A stretch of 64,000 nt of DNA from the human T2T-CHM13v2.0 reference genome, Homo sapiens. A model generated the notes under the pieces. That model ran no database searches, was not told the origin of the DNA, and was given only the letters and a program-made list of their open reading frames with translations. Made by a program: the position numbers and the translations under genes. Shown here piece by piece: positions 14,815 to 28,340 of the stretch. Where the stretch lies: the NCBI RefSeq assembly GCF_009914755.1, contig NC_060936.1; one strand, written 5' to 3'. How positions within the stretch are numbered: the first letter of the stretch is position 1; each line of letters starts with the position of its first letter.

Positions 14815-14937
14815 GAGAGGTCACTGAAGGATATTAAGCCAGGTCACTAAATGATCAGATTTTTATTTGGAAAAAAACCTTAAGAAAATAAATAAATCTT
14901 ACTTATCCACAGCCTCTAGTATGACTCATGGTATACA
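14809..14937 (+). repeat. 129-bp dispersed copy of 17238-17367
   Basis: Manual alignment gives 9 substitutions and 1 indel. Confidence 0.97.
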
Positions 14938-16115
14938 AAAGTCAACTCAAAATAGATTAAATACTTAAATATAAAGCCTAAAACTATAAAAACCCTAAAA
15001 ATATACTAGGAAAAAACCATTCTGGACATCAACCCTGGCAAAGATTTCATTATGAAGACTCCAAAAGCAATTGCAACAAAACAAAAATGGACAAAGGTGA
15101 TCTAATTAAACTAAAGAACTTCTGCACAGAAAAGAAACTAGCAACATAGTAAACAACCTACGAAATGGGAGAAAATATTTGCAAACTCTGTATCCAACAA
15201 AGGTCTCATATCCAGAATTTATAAGGAACTTAAACAAATCAACAAGCAAAAAACAAAAAATGCCATTAGAAAGCGGACAAACGACAAGAGCAGACACTTT
15301 CCAAAAGAAGACATACATATGACCAATAAGCATATGAAAAAATGCTCAACATCAGTAATCATTAGAGAAATGCAAATCAAAACCACAATGAGTTACCATC
15401 TCACACCAGTTAGAATCACTATTATTAAAATTTTAAAAATAACAGATGCTGATGAGGTTGCAGAGGAAAAGGAACACTTATAAACTGTTGGTGGGAAGAA
15501 AAATTATTTCAGCCACTATGGAAAGCACTTTGGAGGCTTCTCAAAGATTTTGAAACAGAACCACCATTTGACAACAATTGTAGTACTAGGTATATACTCA
15601 AAGGAAAATAAATCATTTTACCATAAAGACACATGCATGTGTATGTTCATTGCAGCACAATTCACAACAGCAAAGACATAGAATCAATCTAGATGTCAAA
15701 CAGTGGTGGACTGGATAAAGGAAATGTGGTACATATATACCATGGAATACTATGTAGCCATAAAAAAGAGCAAAATCATGTCCTTCACAGCAACATGGAT
15801 GCAGCTGGAGGCCATTTTCTTAAACAAATCAATACAAGAACAGAAAATCAAATACCATATGTTCTTACTTATAAGTTGGAGCTAAACATTGAGTACACAC
15901 AAACACCAAGAAGGGAACAACAGACACTGGGGCCTACTTGAGGGTGCAGGGTTGGGGGAAGGTGAGGATTAAAAGACTGCCTATCAGATACTGTGCTCAC
16001 CAACTGGGTGATAAAATAATTTGTACATGAAAGCACAGTGACTTGCAATTTACCCATGTAACAAACCTGTGTATGTACCCCAGAACCTAAAATAAAATTT
16101 GAAAGGGAAAAAAAG
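14932..16115 (+). mobile_element. L1PA15/16-like 3' ORF2, 3' UTR and A-rich tail
   Basis: 'tatacaaaagtcaactcaa', 3' UTR 'gggaacaacagacactggggcctacttgagggtg', end 'aacctaaaataaaa'. Confidence 0.9.
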
Positions 16116-16819
16116 AAAGAAGATTGACAATAACTTACAAAAACTGTATGAAAGAAGATGATACAATTATATTTCTAGAGTTTGAAAAAAAAACTTAGAA
16201 TTTTATATCTAGCAAATTGTCATTTAAACAGAGGGCATGAAATATATTCTTAGTTACGTAAGTCTTCAGAAGCTTTGTTACATGAAAACCACCTTGAACA
16301 GAGCTATGTATAAAGTACATAAATACCAGCAGACATGGATTAAGGAGCTATCTGAAGAAAATCTGAGCAGATATCTTACAAACATTTGTCACTATCTTAA
16401 AACATGTATCTCTATATTTATTTATTTAAATTAATCTATTATCTATCTAATTAATTTTATCTATTTATCATCTTTCATAACCTAGTCTTATAAATCTATG
16501 CAATATTAATAATGAAGTTGGGAAGTTATCAAGAGTTTTAATAATGTGGTGAAGTTATTTTATTCTTAAGTTGAAAGTAAAAGTACTGTTTTATTTTTAA
16601 GGAAGGAAGGATTAAAATAAACAAAAGACCAGAATAAGCTGATATAACAAAATATGTTACTGAAGCAGATCTAAATAATTAATAGAAATGTACTAAGCTG
16701 GTCAGTTAAAAGGAAAAAATTGGCAAACTGAATACTTCCTTGTGATGCTATCATTTAGCTTCTGGGCTTGACATTCATTTAAATATTAATTCATCTGTAT
16801 TTAAATAAATGAGATAAAT

Positions 16820-17402
16820 CTGACTCCCAGGTTGATCTTTCCACCTCAAACTTATTCCCGGAGCTTTATAGTCATATACACAATTACCTGCTCAACAGCA
16901 ACAATATTGAATATTCCCTTCTTAGAAAGAGTTAATGGGATTTTAATCTGGGGGAGGCCCATGAAGGTTTCCTAAATAAACTGTCATTTGTAGTCAACTA
17001 TAAAGAATAAATACAGGGAAACAAGTTGAAGTGGGAGCAGGGAGTTTTTGGAGGAAAAGGAAGAGACTCAGCAAAGGCTCTGAGACAGGAAGGAGGCTAT
17101 CACATTTGATGAAATGAAAGGCCACGTGGCCAGACCTGAGAACACCGAAGGAAGGTGATTCAAGCAAGGCCTTGTATATGGATAGAGCAAGGATCTTCCA
17201 GAGTCTTTTAAACCTTGTGAAAGATTTTGATCATTATCTCAATGAGAGGTCAATGAAGGACACTAAACCAGGTCAGTAAATGATCAGATTTTTATTTGGA
17301 AAAGAACCTTAAGAAAATAAATTAAATCTTACTTATCTACAACATCTAGTATGACTCATGGTATACAGCAGAGGTCTAACAATTTTCTTTAAATGTATGT
17401 GA
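16820..17402. mobile_element. L2 pieces in mixed orientation (+ 16820-16900, - 16940-17305, + 17330-17402)
   Basis: Sense 'tgactcccaggttgatctttcc'; antisense 'gcaaaggctctgagacaggaagg...atgatcagattttta'; sense tail 'catctagtatgactcatggtatacagcagagg'. Confidence 0.6.
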
Positions 17403-19659
17403 GATTATTCAGAGCTATATTGTTAATTATCAGATTTTAAGAATTTTATTATTATTGTCTAATACTGGAAAGTAGCTTTTCCATCAATTCTGTAAAATTG
17501 TATTGCTTCATGCAAACACCTCCTCCTTTTATATTATTTTAGATATGTTGTGAGTTAGCAATGAGCTGTATTTTTCGAGTCATAATTTATCCATTTAATA
17601 TAAACTTGAAAAGGTAGAGTGGATTTACTGAGGGTTGTGAATATCTAATGAGCGCTTAAAGTCTGGTTCATGTTATGTGACTACGTAGAAGTTCAAAACC
17701 CATTTTTGACTCAGTTTCAGTTCAGTGCAGTGGGCTACTAATTGAAATTAAAAAGAAAAAAATATTTTTACACATGGCTGGCAAACCAAATCTGCTGAGG
17801 TTTTATACAAGTGTAGCTTGCTTTTGTCTGCTATTTAATTAACCAGTTCACAAATAAAATGTCCTTAGTTTAATTTCCATTTCGTAGCTCAATACTGTAA
17901 ACTATTCACAGCGTAATTAAAAGTCCTGAATTCTCCCAGGAATGATATTACCAGTAAGCAACCAACCCATGAAATAGAGAAGCCTGACTGTTACTCTGCT
18001 AAATTGTGTGTGTTAATAAAGCTGAACAAGTGTTCTTTGCTTAATCTGACTGAGCTGAGAAAACTCCAGCTGGCATCCAAGCTACCTGCTTTTAAAACTC
18101 TCCAAGCGTCTAGCTCCAGGAGAGCTTCATTAAAGTTAATATAGGAATTGTGTCATATTTTATTGAATTTCATCGATTTTCTTTGTGAAATAACTTACTT
18201 TCTGATAATGCAAACTCACTGCAATGCCACCAAGTATAGTTATTTTCGTTTTATGTTTGTTGTTTACTTTGAACACCCAGAGTAAAAATAAACACACTAA
18301 GGTTTTAAAAAGAAAAAACAGAAAAATTATTTAGGAAAAAATAATTCATATGATGTTTAAGATATTCATATAACGTATAGTTTTAAAACTAAATTCTGTC
18401 TATTATCTTGATAGTTATTACTCAAAGAATCAATAATTTGAACACTTAGCTCAAATAACCATGCATTGTAGATGATGCTATTTCAGTCCTATGCAAAGAG
18501 TCTGATCACTGCATGGTGAATACATTCACCAATTGCTTTGCCAGTCACATTGAAGAGAGGAAAAACATAGAATAGCGTATTGCTACAATGTTTGTATAAT
18601 CATTCTGTGTACCCTGGCTGTCCTCCTGAAAGTCAAATATTTTCAGAAACCTAGGCTATTACTTGTTACTTTGATATTTTGATGTGATGCATTAAAAATG
18701 TTTTATGGTTTGGATTAAATCTAGGTTTTATGAATGATGCTCCTTCACTCGAATTACCCCAATGCATGATCATTTTGTAGATAAATAGAAAACAGAAAAG
18801 TTTGGCCTTATTTTATTTTCAGAAAGATTGCACATTTCTTTAATTGTCAAATCCAAACTGATCTCACACTTGAAAAATTATCACTTGAATAGCACACATT
18901 TATTCAGAGTGATAGGGTGAATGTTATGTGCAGAATACTAGTGACTGTGAATGAAGGAGAGAATGAGTGTTGGGCTGTATTTCATAAATGTTTCCTTGGC
19001 AGGTGACAATGAGGAGCCAGTGCTATTGATTTTGATGCTGACTTGCATGTTGCATATTTAAAGAAATTCAATATTAGAATTGATTTAGGTTAAACAACTA
19101 AGTATGCACAGTAGACCCTCACAATCATCAGATTCACAGAAGGCTAAAATGACCATGTAGAGATTTCTGAGTTCGGCTTAGAAACTATGTATTCAAATAG
19201 CTATAAAAGTTTCAGGGGAAAAGCTCTGTAATATCCTTTGATAACTAAACCTGGTACTAGTGTTTTAGAGAAATGTTTCCCCATAAACATTTTCATAATT
19301 TTATTTATATGTTGACCTGAACGGAAATGTAAAACCATGTTCTGAAGTTAGTATCCCTTCCAGTAGGTGAGCTATGAGTAAGTTTTTCCTTCTCTAGGCT
19401 AGATTAGGAGCCAAACTGCATCCAAATTTGTGTATGGGAGTCGATTTATTAAACATGCCTTTGCTGTTGTTGTTAATGTCTAGATTGTGTTTTGGAAGAG
19501 GATGACACTTACAAAAATTGGGTTATAATACTATCAGTTCAGCACCTGCTTTATATATGTATTAGTAGATTAGTATCCCTTGCAGACTTTTGAATATATG
19601 TCCCTGGATAACATGGTCTCAGTTTTCTGTGTCTACTTCTTTTTTGTAAAAAATACTAT

Positions 19660-20490
19660 AGTATTGAAACTTGTGGAACTAGCTTCTCTCACTTAAAAAG
19701 CAGATGAGTTTCATCCAAATTTTTGCATTGGTCAATAGTGCATTCTTTTTTATTGCTGAGAAGTATGCCACTGTATGGTTATAGTATATTTTGTTTATCC
19801 ATTTACCTTTTGAAGAACATCTAAATTGGCATCAGGTTTTGTTGATATGAATGACTACTATAAAATTATGGAGATAGATAGATAATAGATTTTGGTTTGG
19901 GGAAAGAAGTGGAGAAAATAAGTTGTCAATCCATTTGGATAAATGCCTAAGGTGAGAATGCTGGGTCTTATGGTAATTTGGTAATAAATTTTACTCCTAG
20001 GTAGATTTCCAAAATAGTTGTATTATTCTGCATTACCACTAGAAATGGATGAGAGTTCCAATTGTCCAACTTCCTCATCAGCTATTAGTATTTTTTTATT
20101 TTAGCCATTCTAATAGACGTATAGTAGTATCTTATTGTGTTTTTAATTTGCATTCCCATAGTGACTAATGATGTTGAACATCTTTTCATATTCATATTTA
20201 CCATCTGTTTTTCTTCTGTTGGTGAACTGACTTTACAGATGTTTTCTTATTTTTTTAAAATAATAATTTTCTCATTGTGAATTTTAAGAGTTCTTCACAT
20301 ATTTTGAGGAAAAAATGCCCTTTATCATATGTGAGATATGCAGTTATTTTCTCCCAAACTGTGGCTTATCTTTTAATTCTCTTAATAATGTCTCCAGGAG
20401 CCAAATTTTAAATATTGATTAAATGGCATTTATCATTTTTTATGGATCATGTTTTTGGTGTGGTATCAAAATATTGTTTGTGAAACACAA
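19660..20490 (-). mobile_element. Old L1M (L1MD/ME-like) 3' region
   Basis: 'ttttagccattctaatag...tttaatttgcattccc...ctaatgatgttgaacatcttttcat'. Confidence 0.8.
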
Positions 20491-21999
20491 CCTCCCATAA
20501 TCGATCTCCCAAAACAGATCTATTTTGCTTACAAAACAGATATATTAGTGTTAGAATATAGCCTAAATATTCAGTACATGGAATAAAGATGCAGGACTAG
20601 AGGAAAAAATAGAGTTAATGAGCATATAGCTAATGACTTATAGAATTTACAAGCAGATGTGTTAAATAGGAAATCGGACTTTAACATATATTTCTAAGTT
20701 AGAAAGATAGACTTGAGTAACAATTTATATAGGTATACATTGAGACCATTAGTGTTTGGGTGGTCACCATGAAAGTAGACAGATGAAGAAGAATGGACCA
20801 TCTAGGATTGGGATCTCTATACGAAGTGAAAGCAAAAAAATGTTGAGTCTATTACTGAGAAAGAGAAATAATAAACAATGGGTGAGTGAAAAATCAGGGA
20901 CACATGATTTTCTAGAAGGCAAGAGGGAATATTTTAAGTATTAGTTAAGAACTATAGGTAAAAGTAATAAATCCTTCAAAACTGCTATGTCAGATAAAGA
21001 TTGAAGAGATACATTTCAAACCAAAAACTTAGATACTAATTTTGTTTATTTTATTTAAAAAATTACATTGAGCTTCCTACTAGTTTTCTGGCTGCTGAAA
21101 ATCTCTATATAGGTAATTCTTATCCACATTGCAGGACTGTGTCAAACTACTGTCATATTGGCCATCAGCTTTTAGAGAAAAAAAAGCCAAATTGTCTCTC
21201 GCTGATGTTTTTAGATTTATTGATAATGGCACTGAGGTTATATGAGGCACACCCATAAGTATTTATACAGAACAAGAGAATAAACACTTCCCTCTCCCTC
21301 ATGACTCACCTCACTAAAACCTCTCACCATCTTCTCTCTATCATTACCATGATTTGACGTTTTTATCATGTCTTCAACAGTCTGTTGTAAAAGCATATTA
21401 ATATCTTTTTCACTTCTAGTATTTCTGTTGCAATCTATTTCCATTCTTCTGCCAGGATTCTTTATAAACACAAATCTGCCCTCTCACCTAATTAAAGACC
21501 TTTAATGACTCACCAAGTATTTCCAATCCTCTTTGTAGCATGGATCCAATTTGCCATTCTAGCCCTTTCTCATACCATAGTCTTTCAGTAATCCCTAGAT
21601 ACCCATAACTTTGAATTGTTACTTATGGTTTCCAAAATATTTTATGCTTTTTTATATTTTCAACGCTGTATAAACGTCCTTTACATTGCTTTGCATTTTA
21701 TAGATTTGAGAGTCAGGTAGATTTGGGTTTGAATACTGGATTCAATACTATATATATTTCAAATTAGAAAAACTTTATTGCTAATCCTTTAATGATCATT
21801 GTATTACACATCAAAGTTAATTCAGAAAATTCCCAGTTATATAGTCATATACACTCAACTCTAGGCATCTGCATGAAGAATAATTTCAGATTTGTTTAAG
21901 TTTACTTTGGGCACAGTATGTGTCTCCAACCATTGTGGTACCATTTTACCATTTAAAATGGTATAAAATTACCATTTAAACATCCTGCTTTTAAATGGT

Positions 22000-22660
22000 A
22001 ATTTGGAATAAACTATGATAAAATGGCAATTTAAAACACAAAGAAGCAGAACTCAAGTTTCTGCAATCCTTCTATGTGATCACTTGAATGTAAAAACAAA
22101 TTCTGCATTGTATTGAGAGTTGGATTTTTATTTAAACCAAACACATTCTTTATTTATAAGATTTTCCCTTTGGGTATATCTTTTATTTACGTTAAAAAAG
22201 TTTTCAAAAGTAAAGTTTATAAAATCATTCTTTGATCAACTACACATGAAAGCAGATTGAAAAATTTGGGTGTACAATCTTTGAAAATGAATATTCAAAG
22301 AAAAATTTTGATAAAGCCATTGACGACTTCACAAACTGAAGGCTTGAAAACAGAAATATAATACTATTATTAGCCTGATGGTTTTAAGTATACATATGTT
22401 TCCTTTATTTAAAAATATATTAATAAAATTATTAGCACATCATTTTTCCTTTTTTGTAATGGTAATTTCTCTATTTTCTATTTTATTTATTTTTACTAGC
22501 ATGATTATATTTTTGAAGTATAATAAAACACTTTTACTTCTGTGTTTCATTTTTGACCACTTTGATTTCATTTCATATAGATTAGTATTTGAAACAATTT
22601 CGTCATATAGAGGAACATTTATTCAGCTTTATTAACAGGTTTTTAGGTCCCTAAATTTGA
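22000..22660 (+). mobile_element. hAT-Tip100 (Zaphod-like) transposase relic
   Basis: 22195-22360 reads, with frameshifts and stops, KFSKVKFIKSF/STTHESRLKNLGVQS/ENEYSKKNFDKAIDDF/KA*KQK, the hAT C-terminal dimerisation motif; element boundaries uncertain. Confidence 0.65.
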
Positions 22661-22734
22661 GTTTATTGCCAATAGCTCTTACTGTGCAGTTTTTTTTTTT
22701 TAATTCAATTTTCTTTTTACCTCAGTATAGGTGG

Positions 22735-25023
22735 TGATATGGTTGGGCTGTGTCCACGCCCAAATCACATCTTAAATTGTAATCCCATAATTCCCACATG
22801 TAGTGGGAGGAACCAGGTTGGAGGTGATTGAATTATGGGGGTGGCTCTTTTCTATGTTGTTCTCATAATGAATGACTCTCATGAGATCTGATGGTTTTAA
22901 AAACAGGAGTTTCCCTGCACAAGCTCTCTGCTCTTGTCTGCTGCCATACAAGATGTGCCTTTCACCTTCTGCCCTGATTGTGAGGCCTCCCAAGCCATGT
23001 GGAACTGTAAGTCCAATAAACCTCTTTCTTTTGTAAATTGCCCAGTCTTGGGTATGCTTTTATAAGCAGCGTGAAAACAGACTAATACAGTAAATTGGTA
23101 ATAGTAGAGGAGGCATTGCTGAAAAGATACCTGAAAATGTGGAAGTGACATTGGAACTGGGTAGCAGGCAGAGGTTGGGACAGTTTGGAAGGCTCAGAAG
23201 AAGACAGGAAATTATGGGGAAGTTTGGAACTGCCTAGAGAGTTACGAGTTATGGAATGGCTTTGCCCAAGATGCTGACAGTGATATGGACAATAAACTCC
23301 AAGCTGAGGTTGTCTCAGATGGAAATGTGAGGCTTGCTGGTAACTGGAGCAAAGGTGACTCTTGTTATATTGTATCAAAGAGATTGGTGGCATTTTGCCC
23401 CTGCCCTAGAGAGTTGTAATATTTTTAACTTGAGAGAGATGATTTAGGGTATCATGCAGAAGAAATTTCTAAGCAGCAAAGCATTCAAGATGTGACTTGG
23501 GTGCTATTAAAGGCATTCAGTTTTATAAGGGAAGCAGAGCATAAAAGTTTATAAAATTTGCAGCCTGACAATGTGATACAAAAGAAAATCCCGTTTTCTA
23601 AGGAGAAATTCAAGCCAACTGCAGAAATTTGCATAACTAACGAGAAGCTAAATGTTAATCCCCAAGACAGCGGTAAAGGTCTCCAGGGCATGTCAGAGGT
23701 ATTCATGACAGCCCCTGTCATTACAGGCCCAAAGGCCTAAAATAAAAATGTGGTTTTGTGGGCCAGGCCAAGGGTCTGTGTGCTATGTGCAGTCTAGGGA
23801 CTTGGTGTTATATGTTTCAGCCACTCCAGCTGTGGCTGAAAGGGGCCAAGGTAGAGCTCGGGCCATGGCTTCAGAGGGTGCAAGCCTCAAGCCTTGCCAG
23901 CTTCCACGTGGTGTTGAGCCTGCAAGTGCATGGAAGTCAAGCATTGAGGTTTGGGAGCCTCTGCATAGATTTCAGAGGATGAATGGAAATGCCTGGATGT
24001 CCAGGCAGAAGTTTGCTGCAGGGGGGTGCTCTCATGAAGAACTTCTGCTAGGGCAGTGCAGAAGGGAAATGTGGGGTCGGAGCCCCACACAGAGTCCCTA
24101 CTGGGGCTCTGCCTAGTGGAGTTGTGAGGAGAGGGCCCCAAACTACAGAATGTTAGATCCACTGACAGCTTGCACTGTTTACCTGGAAAAGCTGCAGACC
24201 CTCAATGCCAGCCCATGAAAGCAGCTGAGAGGGAGGTAGCACCCTGCAGAGGCACAGGGGCAGAGCTGCCCAAGACCATAGGAAACCACCTCTTGCATCA
24301 GCATGACATGGATGTAAGATGTGGAGTCAAAGTAGATCATTTTGAAGCTTTAAGATTTGACTGCCCCTCTGAATTTTGGACCTACATGGAATCTGTAGCC
24401 CTTTTGTTTTGGCCAATTTCTTCAATTTGGAACAGCTGTATTTACCCAATGCCTATAACCCCATTGTATCTAGCAAGTAACTAACTTGCTTTTGAGTTTA
24501 CAGGCTCATAGGTGGAAGGGATTTGCCTTGTCTCAGAAGAGACGTTGGACTGGGGACTTTTGCAATAATGCTGAAATGAGTTAAGATTTTGGAGGACCAT
24601 TGGAAAGGCATGATTGGTTTTGAAATGTCAGAACATGAGATTTGGGAGGGGCCAGAGGTGAAATGATATGGTTTGGCTTTGTCCCTACCCAAATGTCATC
24701 TTGAATTATAACTCCCACAATTCCCATGTGTCATGGGAAGAACCCGGTGGGAGGTAATTTAATTATGGGGGTGGGTCTTTCTTGCACAGTTTTTGTGATA
24801 GTGAATGAGTCTCACGAGATCTGATTTTTTTTAAAAACAGGAGTTTCCCTGCACAAGCTCTCTTCTCTTGTCTGCTACCATATGAAACATGCCTTTCACC
24901 TTCCGCTACAATTGTGAGGCCTCCCCAGCCATGTGGAGCTGTAAGTTCAATAAACCTCCTTCTTTTGTAAATTGCTCAGACTTGGGTATGTCTTTATCAG
25001 CAGCATGAAAATGGACTAATACA
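22735..25023 (+). mobile_element. Complete THE1C MaLR provirus (5' LTR 22735-23089, internal 23090-24663, 3' LTR 24664-25023)
   Basis: Two TGATATGG...ACTAATACA LTRs; 5-bp TSD GGTGG at 22730-22734 and 25024-25028; purine tract before the 3' LTR. Confidence 0.96.
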
Positions 25024-25992
25024 GGTGGTTTGTTTTTTAATCTCTTTTCTAATCAAGAAAATTTTTCAAATGTATTTCATACTATATGATTAATCTGACA
25101 TTTCATACTTTCAACATTTATGTTAATTGTGTGGGATAATACCTTATAGATAACTTGTATAGTTATTTCTGATTTATGTATAAAAGAGTGTCTAATTTAA
25201 AGACAAACAAAACTTTCCAAATAAAGAAACCATGCTTTCCTTTTTTTCCTAAAAAAAAGCAAACTTTTTTTTACCAAGTTAAACAAAGCTGAACATGACA
25301 AAAAAGCCTTACATTTTCAATGTCAACAGCCCATTTTACCTATGCAATTTTCACAAAACTAAGTACTCCTTAAATAAATGTAGTTTGAAACTGTTTGTTT
25401 ACGAAATCTTGCTTGTAGTATTTAACAACTGAACTAAATATTACATATTCATTCTGTGGAGAAAATGTCTGTTCATGTAAAACGGAAAGAAATAGCACAT
25501 AAACGCAAAGTGTCTGGATAGTAAACTCAGAACATATAAAAATTGGAGCAAACTATCTGTGCTTGGATCTAATACTTACAACTTGAAAAATGTTTAAAGG
25601 GTATTTTTAAGATGCTGTAAATAAGACAAAAGGAAAAAAGAAACCTTAGCTAAACTTTATGAGGAAGAGTAGCAGAGCCAGATATTTAAAAACCACATTA
25701 TACAATTTTAATGTTATTGTCTATTTCTGTCCTCACTGAGTACAAATGACAAGACGAAGAATGGGTAAATTCAGAAAATGTCCCTAGAGCCTTCCTGATA
25801 ACAGTTATAGTATTTGCTATATCAATATTTTGTAAATCAACTGAAGACATTTTGCTGATAGCAGATGGAGCACAATTCCATTCCATGAAATTAGGTCACT
25901 GAAATTTTAAGCAAGATTTGATTATTTGAACCAGTCTGGCACTTTTCAGTAGTTTAAGTAGATGATAAATGTGCAAGTTGGACTATGCCTTG

Positions 25993-26678
<686 letters not shown>

Positions 26679-28340
26679 CCTTGGAACTAATTATATTCTG
26701 CTTTGTGTGGCATAGCCTTATTTAATATGATCAGTGTCATAGTATATCTTACCAAAGTTTAGGCTCCCTATTGAGAATTAGCCAAGAAGAACTCTAGACA
26801 GCAAAAGCTACCAATAAGTCAAATATAGTTTGAATATTACAACATATTATTGTCAAACCTATAGAATCAGAAAATAAATGCCAAAAACATCAAAGGGCAT
26901 GAAACTGATAGCTATATCATTCTTAACTCTTGTAAATCCCAACAGGGTAAAGAGATTACTTTTTAGTGTACCTGCCTTTCATTTCATGATCTAAGGCACG
27001 TAACATTTTAGAGGGCAGAAATGAAGGTTGGAAAACAAAATCAAGTAATTATACTGTGTATTCTACAAAAGTATGCATTGTTCCTACAGCATTTGAAGTT
27101 TAATTTATATTGCTAATTGCCTTAATGAATCTCCAAAGTTTGGTACATGTGAGCTCTATTTTATTACCCTAGAAATTTGAGAATTGTGTGTCAGAGACAA
27201 GTATAATGCAAGATTGGGTGGGGTTTGAGCATATACTCTTGCAATGGTAAGGAAAGAAAGATGCCACAGATCAAATCCAGATATGGGAAATACAGAACCA
27301 GAGGAGCAGTAGTTGGTAGTTTATAACAAAGTACCTGAACATAGTAGGCTTTTCAAGCATTTAGGGTCTAATTCTTTCACCATAAATCAAGCAAAACATT
27401 TTATTTGCTACAATGGTTAAAATATAAAATAGCTTATTTGTCAAAAATAAATATTTACAGAAAAAGCCTATGTAGATTACTAATGCCAATGATTTCTAAA
27501 CCTTCAAATGCCTAACATTAAAGGAAATATGTTTAATATTTATTACTGTTTTGTTGTCAAGAATATTTCTTAATTCTATAGTATCATAGAGTCGTAACTC
27601 TTGAGTAGAATTTTGTTATAAATTTGCATAATTTAAAAGCCAAGAATTCTTATATATAAAATGTGGGAAAACAATGTGGATTCTAAGTTCTGCCTTCTAA
27701 TGCTCAATATATCTCTTTATCTCATTATAGATACACTTGAAGTAAAAATCACAATTTTCAATTGTAGGCTAGAAGGGGATTTAATAAGGCATCAGGTCTG
27801 ACCTCCTACATAATTCAGGAATTCCTGTGTATTCTTAAACATCTCCATTAAACAAAAATTCGCAAAGCAAAACACTCTAGATAAAAGCTTTTATTATGAA
27901 CTTTTTCCCTTAAAGGCGATTTAGACTTTGTGTAGGTTCCAGAATTTCCATAAATAATTTTATTGCCTGCATTACAAATTGAATGGGGACTGGAAGCTAT
28001 GTATTCTTGAATATCATATAAGAGCCATAAAATCAATTGGCTGTGTATATCAATGAATAGGTAGAAGCTATTAGGATTATGAACTTTTTAACTCTACCAA
28101 CAATTAATTGTAGGAACGACTGCATGGACTAGTTTAAAATTATTATCACAGGTCAGCACTTTATATATATTTTAGATATAGAAACTGTAAGATTCCTGGA
28201 AACCAGTACTGATGGGGCAACCTCCTGAAAAGCAGTTGATTGGGGTTGGAGATAGGTCATATGTCTGCTTTCTGGTTAACAGTGGAGAATTCAGATTGGT
28301 GGGTCTGTTACCAAGGGTGCAGACAGGTATGTCTCCCACC

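Larger units (their letters stand above)
13100..16330 (+). mobile_element. Ancient HAL1/L1M ORF1-like element, interrupted by MSTB and the L1PA composite
   Basis: A-rich ORF1-like pieces 'aacaggaattccagaagaa', 'ctagatatatgaggaaattt', resuming at ~16120 'tagaattttatatctagcaaattgtcatt'. Confidence 0.55.

Noticed and set aside
14292-16125. AAAGAAGATT (14292-14301 and 16116-16125) as TSD of the L1PA composite
   Set aside because: Low-complexity purine-rich context, and 33 unexplained bases separate it from the L1 start; not established.
23082-24692. Several 60-120 aa ORFs in THE1-internal, and at 14253-14813
   Set aside because: Broken MaLR internal ORF pieces with many stops and frameshifts.
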